DNA of 34,332 nucleotides from an archaeon. GTDB taxonomy: Archaea; Hydrothermarchaeota; Hydrothermarchaeia; Hydrothermarchaeales; BMS3B. Shown piece by piece: positions 15,635 through 25,528 of this stretch. How positions within the stretch are numbered: the first letter of the stretch is position 1; each line of letters begins with the position of its first letter. The translations under genes were made by a program, and so were the position numbers. Below the pieces are notes generated by a model, which was not told where the DNA came from, searched no databases, and saw only the letters and a list, made by a program, of their open reading frames with translations. The stretch lies in the NCBI GenBank assembly GCA_026989875.1, contig JALSIP010000009.1, forward strand, positions 1 through 34,332, written 5' to 3'.

Positions 15635-16613
15635 GAAGGTGTATGAGGAGCTGGCTCTCAAGCGCATGCAGCTCAGGCAGAGGTTTGAGGAGTGGGCGGA
15701 GAGGGGGCGCATTGAGAGGTTTGCCTCAGGCTGGCGCAGCTTTGCTCCCGAGCCTGTGCACGAACCCTGTGCGGGGGTGGACGGCAGCTTCAACTGCTGC
15801 CAGTACAGGAGCGCCGTGCTTTATGCGGTGAATGCCTGCGCATGTGTGCATGCAGGCGGGAAGCTCACGGAGCACCCCCGTGCCGAGGTTGACCTGCTCC
15901 CGCCTGCCTTTGCCAAGGAAATACTGGAGCTGCGCATGGCAAGGATGGAGCTTCAGTGCGCCCTTGATGCGGCTGAAGAGGTGGAGCTGGTGATGCTTGA
16001 CGGCTCCCTGCACAGCGCCCTCTCAGCCCCCAGAAACTGGTGGCGCTTCATCCCCGTCAGAAGGGCGGAGGAGCTGGCTGAGCAGGTGGAGCGGGATGGG
16101 CTGCATCTGCACGGGACTGAGAGCGACGAGGAGCGGCTCCTCTTGGAGTACATAGCCTACCTCCAGACGCTGCAGGAGCTGCTGGAGCGGGCGGGTGTTG
16201 AGAAGCTGGTTTGCATCTCCAAGAGCTCCACAGAAAGCACCCTCCTGAAGGGCGTCCCGGACCAGGCTGTGTATGAGGCGCTGTCCACCTCTCCGGGATA
16301 TTCACGCCCCCGGGAGAAGCTGCTGCACCACAGGTTCCCGGTGCACGAGCAGCTCTTCAGGAGCATAGTGTTCACCACCTTCTACGCCAGACTGGAGCCC
16401 GGCAGAGCCGTGCTCAGGGTGGAGCTGCCCAGGGAGGCGGATGAGGCTGAGCTCAGGAGGCTGCTGCGCATGCTCTCCTCGATGTGCGTGGAGGGCTATC
16501 CGTACCTGCTGAGGAAGGCTCACGCCAGGGTTGTGGTCACCAAGGGGGACATGGCAATGGTTTCGGCGGCTGTTGGAATAACCGAGAGAACGGGCAGGGA
16601 GGTGCTGGGATGA
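15627..16613 (+). CDS. nurA: DNA double-strand break repair nuclease NurA
   Basis: AGVDGS, LVMLDGSL, CISKSS and GYPYLLRKAH motifs. Confidence 0.92.
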   Translation: MLEKVYEELALKRMQLRQRFEEWAERGRIERFASGWRSFAPEPVHEPCAGVDGSFNCCQYRSAVLYAVNACACVHAGGKLTEHPRAEVDLLPPAFAKEILELRMARMELQCALDAAEEVELVMLDGSLHSALSAPRNWWRFIPVRRAEELAEQVERDGLHLHGTESDEERLLLEYIAYLQTLQELLERAGVEKLVCISKSSTESTLLKGVPDQAVYEALSTSPGYSRPREKLLHHRFPVHEQLFRSIVFTTFYARLEPGRAVLRVELPREADEAELRRLLRMLSSMCVEGYPYLLRKAHARVVVTKGDMAMVSAAVGITERTGREVLG

Positions 16614-18085
16614 GCCCGGATAGAATGGGGCTGTGCGTGGGCGAGGCTGACACTAAGCATGTGAGCATCATAGCCAAGCGCATGCCGGAGGTTGGGGAGT
16701 ATGCGGTGATTGAGTACGACGGGCACAGGGTGCTGGCGGTGGTGGAGGAGGTCACCAGGGGCAGCGCCACCATCTCCGAGAAGCTGCTCTCGGCAGAGAC
16801 TGTTGAGCGGATAGTGCGCATAGAGGGTGCGGGAGAGCAGTACATCCGCGCCAGGCTTCGGCTTCTCGGAGAGGTGGAGAGCCTTGGCATGGTCAAGCTT
16901 CCGCCGCCTCCAGGTGCACCTGTTTACCGTGCAGACCCCGGAACCCTGCGCAGAATCTTCAGCTCCGGCAACATAAAGCTGGGCACGCTGCTCAGCCATC
17001 CCGAGGTTGAGGTTTACATAGACGCCAACCGCATGGTTACCAGGCACTTAGCGGTGCTGGCGATAACGGGGGCGGGGAAGAGCAACACCGTGAGTGTGCT
17101 CATAGACGGGCTGCTCAGGCTGGGCGGCATGCCGGTGGTGTTTGACATGCACTCCGAGTATGCGGAGGCGGAGTTCTCCGGCGAGGTCAGGGTGCTCAAG
17201 CCGAAGCTCAACCCCAGGTACATGCTATACGCCGAGCTCAGAAGGCTGGTGAACATTGACGACAAGGCTTACATTCAGGAGAGGTACCTGAGAGAGGCAC
17301 ACCGGCATGCGCTGTCTCATGGCAGAGGCAGCATGATAGACGTGATGCTGGCTTACTTGGAGGAGGTTTACTCGGGAGAGGAGCTCACCGCCACCGAGAA
17401 GAACTCAGTTTCCGGGGTGATGAACAAGCTCCAGGACTTCAGGGAAAGGTACGGCGAGATTCTGGATGAGCACGCCCCGGAGATGGTGGAGCTTCTAACA
17501 CCAGGTGCCCTCAATGTGGTTGACCTGGGCGAGGTGGACGAGGACTACGCTGATGTGATAGTGAGCCACCTGCTCAGGAAGCTGCTGCTCAGGCGAAAGC
17601 GCAGGGAGGTTGCACCAGCCTTCTGCATCTTAGAGGAGGCGCACATTCTCGCCCCGGCGCACCGCTCCACCCTCTCCAAGTACTGGATAGACCGCATAGC
17701 CAGGGAGGGCAGGAAGTTCGGGATAGGGCTGTGCTTAGTGAGCCAGCGCCCCAAGAGCCTGGACCCCAACTCCCTGAGCCAGGCTAACAACGCCATAATA
17801 ATGCGCTTAGTTGAGCCCAGCGACCAGAGGCACGTGCAGCAGGCGAGCGAGCGCCTCAGCGACGAGCTGCTGGCGCAGCTCAGCTCCCTCAACACAGGCG
17901 AGGCTGTGGTGCTGGGGCTGATGACCCGCCTCCCGGCGCTGGTTAAGGTGATGAAGTTCAGGGGGAAGCTTGCAGGCGGCGACCCTGACGTGGTGGCGGA
18001 GTGGCAGCAGATGGCTGAAAAAGAAAGGGAGGAGGGAGAGAGGCTCAGGAGGGAGGTTGACGAGCTGTACTCAGGGCTGGATTAG
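16610..18085 (+). CDS. herA: HerA bipolar helicase/ATPase
   Basis: HAS-barrel-like N-terminus, RHLAVLAITGAGKSNT Walker A, ILEEAH Walker B, IAREGRKFG, SQRP. ATG 16610 overlaps the nurA stop (ATGA). Confidence 0.92.
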   Translation: MSPDRMGLCVGEADTKHVSIIAKRMPEVGEYAVIEYDGHRVLAVVEEVTRGSATISEKLLSAETVERIVRIEGAGEQYIRARLRLLGEVESLGMVKLPPPPGAPVYRADPGTLRRIFSSGNIKLGTLLSHPEVEVYIDANRMVTRHLAVLAITGAGKSNTVSVLIDGLLRLGGMPVVFDMHSEYAEAEFSGEVRVLKPKLNPRYMLYAELRRLVNIDDKAYIQERYLREAHRHALSHGRGSMIDVMLAYLEEVYSGEELTATEKNSVSGVMNKLQDFRERYGEILDEHAPEMVELLTPGALNVVDLGEVDEDYADVIVSHLLRKLLLRRKRREVAPAFCILEEAHILAPAHRSTLSKYWIDRIAREGRKFGIGLCLVSQRPKSLDPNSLSQANNAIIMRLVEPSDQRHVQQASERLSDELLAQLSSLNTGEAVVLGLMTRLPALVKVMKFRGKLAGGDPDVVAEWQQMAEKEREEGERLRREVDELYSGLD

Positions 18086-18802
18086 CCTGCGCAGCTCATC
18101 CTCCATGCCGCTGCAGCAGGCGAGCACGCTGAGCCTCTCAATCCTGCCGAGCCCGGCGCCGTCCACGCTCACGTGCCCCCCGGCTTCCCGCACTATCCTC
18201 AGGGCGGCGGCAACGTCAACGTTGCGCAGGTAGCCGCGGAGGTCAATGAATGCCTGAAAGTCGCCCTTTGCCAGGTGGCAGAGCTCAAGCGCTGCGGAGC
18301 CGAAGGTGCGCACACGCTTCACACCCGAAACCAGCCGCTCAAGCCTGCGAAAGCCCGGGGGCGAGCAGTAGGTAACTATGCAGGAGTGCTCAAGCTTCCT
18401 GCGCCTGCATGCTATTCGCCTCCGGTTTAACCTGGCACCCCGCCCCGCCTCTGCTTCAAACTCGTCACCCGTGTGGAGGTTGAGCACATAGCCGGTGTGC
18501 ACGTCCTGCACTCTTGCCTCAGGTGAGCGGTCTGCAAAGCCTATGGAGAGGGCGTAAAAGGGTATCCCGTGCACCGCGTTGAAGCTGCCGTCCACGGGGT
18601 CAATCACCGCTATGTACTCGGGCTCGTCTCCGAGAGTCAGAGCACCCCTCTCCTCGGTGAGCACGAAGAACTCCCCTGAATCCCGCAGCACCTCAAGCAC
18701 AAGCTTCTCGGCAAGCAGGTCCATCCTGGAGCTGCTCGCAAGCTCCGGCATGCGCTCCCGGAGCTCTCTGCCCGCACGCCTCGCCACCGCAAGAAGGTTC
18801 AT
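18071..18802 (-). CDS. suhB: Inositol monophosphatase / fructose-1,6-bisphosphatase (SuhB-like)
   Basis: LTEE.G, VIDPVDGSFN, RTFGSAALEL and DVAAA motifs. Confidence 0.9.
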   Translation of the reverse strand: MNLLAVARRAGRELRERMPELASSSRMDLLAEKLVLEVLRDSGEFFVLTEERGALTLGDEPEYIAVIDPVDGSFNAVHGIPFYALSIGFADRSPEARVQDVHTGYVLNLHTGDEFEAEAGRGARLNRRRIACRRRKLEHSCIVTYCSPPGFRRLERLVSGVKRVRTFGSAALELCHLAKGDFQAFIDLRGYLRNVDVAAALRIVREAGGHVSVDGAGLGRIERLSVLACCSGMEDELRRLIQP

Positions 18803-19608
18803 CCCTCAAGCACCTCGTCCATGCTTCCCGCACGGTAGCCCAGCAGGTCAAGGGTGATGTACCTGAAGCCCAGGCTGCGAAGGTGCTGCGTGAGCTCCTC
18901 ACGAAGCTCCAGCACCCTGCCAAGCTCCTCCTGCTCCACCTCTATCCTGGCGAGGGTGCCGCCGGCGTGCAGCCTGACCCTGACGTTTCTGAAGCCCCGC
19001 TCAAAAAGGTAATCCTCGGCAAGCTCCACCTTCCTGAGCTTCTCTCTGGTTATCCTCTCACCGTAGGGTATGCGGGAGGCTAAGCACGCCATCGCCGGCT
19101 TGGTGCTCACAGACAGCCCTAAGTGAGCTGCCACCTCCCTGACGTCCTGCTTGTGCATGTTGAGCTCCAGCAGCGGACTCCTGATGCCGTGCTCCCTCAG
19201 AGCCTTCAATCCAGGGCGGTGCTCGCCGAGGTCGCTGGCGTTGGCGCCGTCGGCTATGAGCTCATAGCCCTCCTGCTCTGCAATTCTGCGAAGTGCCAGC
19301 GCAAGCTTTGAGCGGCAGTAGTAGCACCTGTTCTCGGGGTTCATGCAGAAGCGCTCGTCCTCAAGCTCGTCCTCCTTTATTATCCTGTGCTTTATGCCGA
19401 TCTCCGCCGCAACCCTCTTAGCGTGCTCAAGCTCCCGCCTGGGCATGGTGCTGGAGTCTGCGGTAACCGCAAGGGCTCTGCCGCCAAGCACCATCTTCGC
19501 AGCCGCTGCAACCACGGCGCTGTCAACTCCGCCGGAGAAGGCGATGAGGGCGCTGCTGTAGCTCCTGAACCACTCCAGCAGAGCTTCAAGCTTCTGCTCC
19601 GCCTGCAT
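18799..19608 (-). CDS. larE: LarE-family ATP-dependent sulfur transferase
   Basis: AFSGGVDS PP-loop, RCYYC, DGANASD...RPG, ACLASRIPYG. Confidence 0.9.
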   Translation of the reverse strand: MQAEQKLEALLEWFRSYSSALIAFSGGVDSAVVAAAAKMVLGGRALAVTADSSTMPRRELEHAKRVAAEIGIKHRIIKEDELEDERFCMNPENRCYYCRSKLALALRRIAEQEGYELIADGANASDLGEHRPGLKALREHGIRSPLLELNMHKQDVREVAAHLGLSVSTKPAMACLASRIPYGERITREKLRKVELAEDYLFERGFRNVRVRLHAGGTLARIEVEQEELGRVLELREELTQHLRSLGFRYITLDLLGYRAGSMDEVLEG

Positions 19609-19673
19609 GGCTTTAGGCGTGCACCTTCCCGTCACATACCTTTTTCCAACGGGAAGGCTGCGGGTGTGTTAAA

Positions 19674-20762
19674 ATGGACGTTGCAGATAGAATACGGGAG
19701 ATTGAGGAGGAGCTCAGGCGCACCCCCTACAACAAAGCCACGCAGCACCACATAGGCAGGCTGAAGGCAAAGCTTGCCAGGCTCAGGCAGGAGGCGGAGC
19801 AGCGACGGGGCGGCGGAGGCAGGGGATATGCGGTGCCGAAGGAGGGGGATGCCACCGTCGTGATGGCAGGCTTTCCGAGCGTGGGGAAGTCAACGCTGCT
19901 AAACGCGCTCACCAGCGCGGAAAGCCAGGTGGCAGACTACGCCTTCACCACCCTTGAGGTGGTGCCGGGCATGCTCCACTACAACGGCGCCAGAATCCAG
20001 GTGCTGGATGTTCCCGGGATAATTGAGGGCGCGGCTGAGGGCAGGGGCAGGGGTAGGGAGGTGCTGTCGGTGATGCGGAGCGCTGACCTGGTGCTGGTGG
20101 TGGTTGATGCCGCTGAGCCGGAGCAGCGCATGGCTGTGGAGAGGGAGCTGCACAGGGCTGGAATCAGGCTGAACACCACGCCGCCGAGGCTGAAGATAGT
20201 GAAGAAGGACAGGGGCGGGATAAGGGTGAGCTCAACCGTCAGGCTGACGGAGCTCAGCCAGGAGACGGTTAAGGCTGTGCTCGCCGAGTACAGGATTCAC
20301 AACGCCGAGGTGGTGATTCATGAGAACCTAAGCTTGGACAGGCTGATTGATGCCCTCGCTGGAAACAGGGTGTACGTCAGAGCGCTGACGGTGGTGAACA
20401 AAGCAGACCTGCTCGGCAGGAATGAGCTGGAGAGGCTGAGGAATGAGATGAAGAATGCTGTGTTCGTGTCTGCCAAGCATGGCACGGGAGTTGAGGAGCT
20501 CAAGCGCAGGATTTACGATGAGCTCGGGCTCATGAGGGTGTTTCTCAAACCCCCGGGTAGGGAGGCGGACATGAGCGAGCCCATGGTTCTTCCGCCAGGG
20601 GCAACGGTCAGGGACGTGTGCACCAGGCTCCACAAGGACTTCCTGCGGAAGTTCAGGCACGCAAAGGTGTGGGGGAAGAGTGTGCGCTTCCAGGGGCAGA
20701 AGGTGGGGCTGGAGCACAGGCTCGCCGACGGGGATGTGGTGAGCATAGCGCTTGAGAGGTAG
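19674..20762 (+). CDS. DRG/OBG-family GTPase with TGS domain
   Basis: TPYNKATQHHIG, GFPSVGKST, YAFTTL, DVPGII, NKAD, C-terminal TGS. Confidence 0.95.
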   Translation: MDVADRIREIEEELRRTPYNKATQHHIGRLKAKLARLRQEAEQRRGGGGRGYAVPKEGDATVVMAGFPSVGKSTLLNALTSAESQVADYAFTTLEVVPGMLHYNGARIQVLDVPGIIEGAAEGRGRGREVLSVMRSADLVLVVVDAAEPEQRMAVERELHRAGIRLNTTPPRLKIVKKDRGGIRVSSTVRLTELSQETVKAVLAEYRIHNAEVVIHENLSLDRLIDALAGNRVYVRALTVVNKADLLGRNELERLRNEMKNAVFVSAKHGTGVEELKRRIYDELGLMRVFLKPPGREADMSEPMVLPPGATVRDVCTRLHKDFLRKFRHAKVWGKSVRFQGQKVGLEHRLADGDVVSIALER

Positions 20763-20763
20763 A

Positions 20764-20803
20764 TTTATAAGCCACCGCACACCTAAGTGGTAATTCAGGA
20801 GGT
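20764..20803 (+). promoter_or_regulatory. TATA box and RBS of the ferredoxin gene
   Basis: TTTATAA at 20764-20770; CAGGAGGT before ATG 20810. Confidence 0.55.
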
Positions 20804-20809
20804 ATAGCC

Positions 20810-21022
20810 ATGGGTGACGTGAGGGAGTTCAAGGCAGAGGTGACGATAAAGATTGACTATGAGAAGTGCAAGGGGCATGGGGAGTGTGTGGATGTGTGCC
20901 CCGCTGATGTTTACGAGCTGGTTGATGGCAAAAGCACCGCCCCCAGGGTGGCTGACTGCATAGAGTGCTGCGCATGCGTGGAGGCGTGCCCGGAAGGAGC
21001 CATTGAGCACAGCTCGTGCTGA
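20810..21022 (+). CDS. Dicluster ferredoxin
   Basis: CKGHGECVDVCP and CIECCACVEACP. Confidence 0.92.
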   Translation: MGDVREFKAEVTIKIDYEKCKGHGECVDVCPADVYELVDGKSTAPRVADCIECCACVEACPEGAIEHSSC

Positions 21023-21710
21023 GGAGGGTTGGAAGATAAGGCTGCTTGCCATTGAAAATGCAAAAGGTGAGCATCTGGGCTATTTTGAGCAGCTTGCCGA
21101 AGAGCAGGGAGTGAGGGTGGAGTACCGCAGGCTGTGGAAGGGAGATGGGCTGAGCGGTGCCTTGGAGTATGATGCGCTTGTTCTCTTGGGCGGCGGGATG
21201 AGCGTGAATGACGAGGCTGAGTACCCCTACCTGGTGGAGGAGAAGCAGCTCGTGAGGGAGGCGCTGGCTGCGGGCAAGCCTCTGCTGGGCATCTGCCTGG
21301 GGGCACAGCTCATCGCAAATGCTCTGGGGGCAAGGGTGTACCCGGGCGAGAGAAAGGAGCTGGGATGGGGCGAGGTGGTGCTGACTCAGGAAGCCAGAAG
21401 GGATGAGGTTTTTTCAGCCTTCCCGGAGAGGCATGAGGTATTCCACTGGCACGGTGAGACCTTTGAGCTTCCAGCCAGAGCCGTGCTGCTGAGCAGCTCG
21501 GAGCTCTACCCGCATCAGGCGTTCCGCATAGGCTCAGGCTATGGTTTGCAGTACCACATAGAGATGACAGCTGAGCTGGTGAGGAGCTGGGTGAGGGAGG
21601 TGCCGGAGGTGGAGGAGCAGGTGCTTGACAGGCTGGAGGAGAGGATTGAGGAGCTGAATCGCCTGGCAGAGGTGTTCTTCAGGCGCTGGCTGGCTCTGGC
21701 GGGTGTGTGA
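21003..21710 (+). CDS. Class I glutamine amidotransferase domain protein
   Basis: LLGGGMSV, LGICLGAQL nucleophile elbow, FHWHGETF, LQYHIE. Start uncertain (TTG 21003 or ATA 21036). Confidence 0.9.
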   Translation: MSTARAEEGWKIRLLAIENAKGEHLGYFEQLAEEQGVRVEYRRLWKGDGLSGALEYDALVLLGGGMSVNDEAEYPYLVEEKQLVREALAAGKPLLGICLGAQLIANALGARVYPGERKELGWGEVVLTQEARRDEVFSAFPERHEVFHWHGETFELPARAVLLSSSELYPHQAFRIGSGYGLQYHIEMTAELVRSWVREVPEVEEQVLDRLEERIEELNRLAEVFFRRWLALAGV

Positions 21711-22175
21711 ATGGAGGAGATTTTTGAGAGCGAGCTTCCAGGTGTGGGAAAGAAGTACACGGTGAGGCTGGAGGAGGGAACGCTCACGCTGCTCCTGCAT
21801 GAAGATGGCAGGAGGGAGGTGGTCTACGAGAGGGAGGGCGAGGAGCCTGTGATAATAACGCTGAGTGATGAGCTTGCCAGAAAGATTGCACTGATTCTTG
21901 CGGGCGCCTACTTCACCCCGGCACCCCTGGAGGCGATTGGCTCGGTTATCTCGGGAAGGGTGCGCTTAGAGTGGGTGCGCACGGGCAGGGCTGCCGGAAG
22001 GACGCTGGGCGAGCTGGATGTGAGAAACCGCACAGGGGCGAGCGTGATCGCTGTTGCCAGAGGAGACAGGGTGATCCCGAACCCGGGGGCTGATTTCAGG
22101 CTTGAGCAGGGGGACGTGCTCATCGCAGCAGGCAGGGAGGAGGAGCTGAGAAGGCTCAGGGAGCTCGTTGAGTGA
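21711..22175 (+). CDS. KhtT-like cation:proton antiporter regulatory subunit (TrkA-C/RCK_C)
   Basis: ESELPGVGKKY N-terminus; GRTLGELDVRNRTGASVIAV RCK_C. Confidence 0.88.
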   Translation: MEEIFESELPGVGKKYTVRLEEGTLTLLLHEDGRREVVYEREGEEPVIITLSDELARKIALILAGAYFTPAPLEAIGSVISGRVRLEWVRTGRAAGRTLGELDVRNRTGASVIAVARGDRVIPNPGADFRLEQGDVLIAAGREEELRRLRELVE

Positions 22176-24120
22176 GATGCTGCGTGACCTGGCGGTAGTG
22201 CTGCTGCTGTCACTCGCCTCAGGAGCGGTGCTGCGCTACCTGAGGCTGCCGCCCAGCCTGGGGTACATCATCGCCGGCATACTCGCGGGTCCCTACGCCA
22301 TGGAGATGGTGGAGGACTTAGACGCAGTTTCGGAGTTTGCAGACATCGGGCTGATTCTGCTGATGTTCACCTTGGGGCTGGAGTTCAACCTGCGCAGGCT
22401 GCGCAGCGCAGGGGTGCTGGCGATTGCAGCGTCTCTCTCGGGTACGCTGCTCCTGCTGGGAACCGGCTACGCCGCAGGAATGGCAATGGGACTTGAAAGC
22501 ATGGATGCGGTGTTCCTGGGTGCTGCCCTCTCCATAGGCAGCACGGCAATTGTGCTGAGGATGCTGAGAGACCTGGCAATGCTGCACACCAGGCAGGCGG
22601 AGATGATGATAGCCATACTGGTGGTGGAGGATATCAGCGCGGTGGTGCTGCTGACGCTGCTGTCGGGTATATCCATGCTCACACCCTCCATCGGAGCCCT
22701 GGCAGAGGTGGTGCTCAGGATAGCCGGCTTCTTCACCCTCGTGTACCTGCTGGGCGTCAAGGCGGTGCCGGTGCTGATGCGCAGGCTGAATGCCCTGGGG
22801 GGAGAGGAGATGCTGTTCGTGGCGTCGCTGGCGATGTGCTTCTCCTTAGCCTTCTTCGCCCAGAAGCTCGGACTGTCGCTGGCGCTCGGCGCCTTCGTGA
22901 TGGGTGCGGTGATAGCGGAGAGCAGGCTCTCGGAGCAGGTGCTCAGAAACATCGCCCCGGTGAGAGACCTGTTTGTCATGCTCTTCTTCGTGAGCATAGG
23001 GATGCTGATTGACCTGAGGGCGGCGATTGGCTTCCTGCCGCAGGCGCTGGCGCTTCTGCTGATGCTGGCAGGACTGAAGCTGCTCACCAGAGGCGGACTG
23101 TGCTTCCTCGGTGGAATGCGGGGAAAGGAGGCTGTCGCGGTAGGGCTGGGGCTGCTGCCCATGGGCGAGTTCTCGCTGGCAATGGTGAAGCTGGGCTATG
23201 ACCAGGGCGTGGTGTCCCAGAAGCTCTACCCGCTGCTGGGCGCACTGGTGGTGCTGAGCGTTTTCTCCACACCGCTGCTGCTGAAGCGCTCAGACAGCCT
23301 GGCTGGTGTGCTGGCAAAGCTGGCTCCGGCTTCGCTGAAGGAGGCAGCCGCATACATGAGCTCGCTGTTCTCTGAGCCAGGGGGCACACGGGAGCGCGGG
23401 GAGGTAAGGAGAAAGATGCTGTACCTGGTGGTGTGCTCGGGTGCGCTTTTCGGTGCCCTCAGGCTCGCAACGGCGCTGAGCCGGGGTATGGAGCCGGAGC
23501 TGAGGGCGGCGGTTGCGCTGCTTTTTGCGGCGCCGGTGCTCTGGCTGATGCTCAGCCAGCTTTCGGGCGTGGCAGAGCTGCTTACGGAGGCGGCGGGCAG
23601 GAGATTCCTGCCGGGAGAGAGGGAGGCGGCAAGGGAGGCGCTGAGGAGGATGCTCCTCCTGACCCTGCTCGCCTTCCTGAGCCTGTTCATGATGCCAACG
23701 CTGGCTGGCTACTTCCCGGAGCTTTCGGATGCCGTGCCTGTGCTGGTGCTTCTGCTACTGCTCCTGCTCAGCATGCTGTACTGGCAGACCCTCATCAGCC
23801 TGCACGAGAGGATATACAGGCTGTTGCAGAGCCTCAGGGGTGGAGAGAAGCCCGCAAGCCTGCTGGCAGAGCTGGCGGCAGGGGGAAGCATAGGTGAGGT
23901 GGTGGTGGAGGAGGGAAGCGATGCCTGTGGCAGGAGCATTGCAGAGCTCAGGATAAGGGAGCTCACCGGCGCAACGGTGCTGGCGGTGGTGAGGGGCGAG
24001 AGAACCATCACAAACCCGAGCCCCGAGGAGAGGCTCATGGCAGGTGATGTGCTGCTGGTGTTCGGCTCGGCAGAGGCGAGGAGGAGACTCGGAAGGCTGG
24101 TGAGCAGGCAGAGGGGGTAA
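22168..24120 (+). CDS. CPA2 family cation(K+)/H+ antiporter with C-terminal TrkA-C domain
   Basis: GYIIAGILAGP, LLMFTLGLEF, ILVVEDI, RDLF..LFFVSIG, GEFS. Confidence 0.92.
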   Translation: MSEMLRDLAVVLLLSLASGAVLRYLRLPPSLGYIIAGILAGPYAMEMVEDLDAVSEFADIGLILLMFTLGLEFNLRRLRSAGVLAIAASLSGTLLLLGTGYAAGMAMGLESMDAVFLGAALSIGSTAIVLRMLRDLAMLHTRQAEMMIAILVVEDISAVVLLTLLSGISMLTPSIGALAEVVLRIAGFFTLVYLLGVKAVPVLMRRLNALGGEEMLFVASLAMCFSLAFFAQKLGLSLALGAFVMGAVIAESRLSEQVLRNIAPVRDLFVMLFFVSIGMLIDLRAAIGFLPQALALLLMLAGLKLLTRGGLCFLGGMRGKEAVAVGLGLLPMGEFSLAMVKLGYDQGVVSQKLYPLLGALVVLSVFSTPLLLKRSDSLAGVLAKLAPASLKEAAAYMSSLFSEPGGTRERGEVRRKMLYLVVCSGALFGALRLATALSRGMEPELRAAVALLFAAPVLWLMLSQLSGVAELLTEAAGRRFLPGEREAAREALRRMLLLTLLAFLSLFMMPTLAGYFPELSDAVPVLVLLLLLLLSMLYWQTLISLHERIYRLLQSLRGGEKPASLLAELAAGGSIGEVVVEEGSDACGRSIAELRIRELTGATVLAVVRGERTITNPSPEERLMAGDVLLVFGSAEARRRLGRLVSRQRG

Positions 24121-24154
24121 AGGTTTTTAGATGGCGAGGACAATAATCCATGCG

Positions 24155-25066
24155 ATGCGGGTGGAGTTCGCGGGCAGGGACCTGGTGTCAATGCGGGAGC
24201 TCTCACGTCAGGAGATTGAGCACATACTCAACACCGCCGAGCGCACCGAGTTCTCAGGGGATGTGCTGAAGGGCAGGCTGATGTGCTCGCTGTTCTTTGA
24301 GCCCAGCACCAGGACCAGGCTGAGCTTTGAGACTGCAATGAAGAGGCTTGGAGGAGAGGTGGTGGGGTTTGCAAAGCCGGGAGCGGCGTCCCTGAGCAAG
24401 GGTGAGAACCTCACCGACACCATAAAGACAGTCTCCTGCTATTCTGATGTAATAGTGCTCAGACACCCCCGCGAGGGCGCAGCAAGGCTTGCAGCGGAGG
24501 TGAGCGATGTCCCGGTTATAAACGCCGGCGACGGCTCAAATCAGCACCCCACGCAGGCGCTGACAGACCTCTACACCATACGCAGGGAGCACGGCAGGCT
24601 GAAGGTGAGGGTTGCCATGGTGGGGGACCTGAAGTACGCCAGAACCGTGCGCTCCTTAGGGCAGGGGCTGGCAAAGTTCGGCGCAAGGCTTCTGCTGAGC
24701 TCACCCCCGGGGCTTGAGATGTCCGAAGAGCTGTGCGCGGAGCTGGAGAGCATGGGCGCCAGGCTGGAGGTGTGCACCAGCATTGAGGAGGCTGTGGAGA
24801 GGGCGGATGTGCTGTACGTTACCAGAATCCAGAAGGAGCGCTTCCCGGACCCCGAGGAGTACAGGAAGGTGCAGGGGGCGTACAGGATAACTCCAGAGCT
24901 GCTTGAAATCGCCAGCTCCAGAATGATCGTGCTGCACCCCCTGCCGAGGGTTGATGAGATATCGCCGGAGGTTGACCACACCGACAGGGCGAGGTACTTC
25001 CATCAGGTGCGAAACAGCATCCCCGTGAGGATGGCGGTTCTCAGCTTGCTGCTCGGGGTGGTGTAG
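24155..25066 (+). CDS. pyrB: Aspartate carbamoyltransferase catalytic subunit
   Basis: FFEPSTRTRLSFE, NAGDG..QHPTQ, YVTRIQKER, HPLPR. AAAGGTTTTTA promoter about 25 nt upstream of ATG 24155. Confidence 0.97.
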   Translation: MRVEFAGRDLVSMRELSRQEIEHILNTAERTEFSGDVLKGRLMCSLFFEPSTRTRLSFETAMKRLGGEVVGFAKPGAASLSKGENLTDTIKTVSCYSDVIVLRHPREGAARLAAEVSDVPVINAGDGSNQHPTQALTDLYTIRREHGRLKVRVAMVGDLKYARTVRSLGQGLAKFGARLLLSSPPGLEMSEELCAELESMGARLEVCTSIEEAVERADVLYVTRIQKERFPDPEEYRKVQGAYRITPELLEIASSRMIVLHPLPRVDEISPEVDHTDRARYFHQVRNSIPVRMAVLSLLLGVV

Positions 25067-25067
25067 A

Positions 25068-25526
25068 ATGGAGCGGGATATAAGGGTGAGGAAGATTAAG
25101 GATGGCACGGTGATAGACCACATAACCGCAGGTCAGGCGCTGAACGTGCTGCGAATACTCAACCTGCCCTCCAGCTCGGGCGCCACGGTAACGGTGGCGA
25201 TGAACGTGCCCTCACGGAAGGCGGGCGTGAAGGACATAGTGAAGGTGGAGGGGCGAGAGTTGAGAAGCGAGGAGGTGGACAGGATAGCGCTGCTCGCCCC
25301 GGAGGCTACGATAAACATAGTGCGAAACTACCGGGTGGTGGAGAAGAAGAAGGTTGCCATACCCCAGATGGTGGAGGGGGTGCTGGGATGCGCCAACCCC
25401 AACTGCATAACCCACTTTGAGCCCGTGAAGCCACGCTTCACCGTGGAGAGCAGAAAGCCCATAAGGCTGAGATGCCACTACTGCGAGCGAATCATGTGCG
25501 AGGCTGAGATTGCCAAGCAGTTTTAG
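25068..25526 (+). CDS. pyrI: Aspartate carbamoyltransferase regulatory subunit
   Basis: GTVIDHI, KDIVKVE, CANPNCIT...RCHYCE Zn site. Confidence 0.97.
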   Translation: MERDIRVRKIKDGTVIDHITAGQALNVLRILNLPSSSGATVTVAMNVPSRKAGVKDIVKVEGRELRSEEVDRIALLAPEATINIVRNYRVVEKKKVAIPQMVEGVLGCANPNCITHFEPVKPRFTVESRKPIRLRCHYCERIMCEAEIAKQF

Positions 25527-25528
25527 CC

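Noticed and set aside
16484-16609. Long N-terminal extensions in the ORF track (herA, subunit II, MFS, beta 1, PUA protein)
   Set aside because: Downstream starts with RBS, promoter or stop-overlap fit better; the extensions overlap neighbouring genes or promoters.
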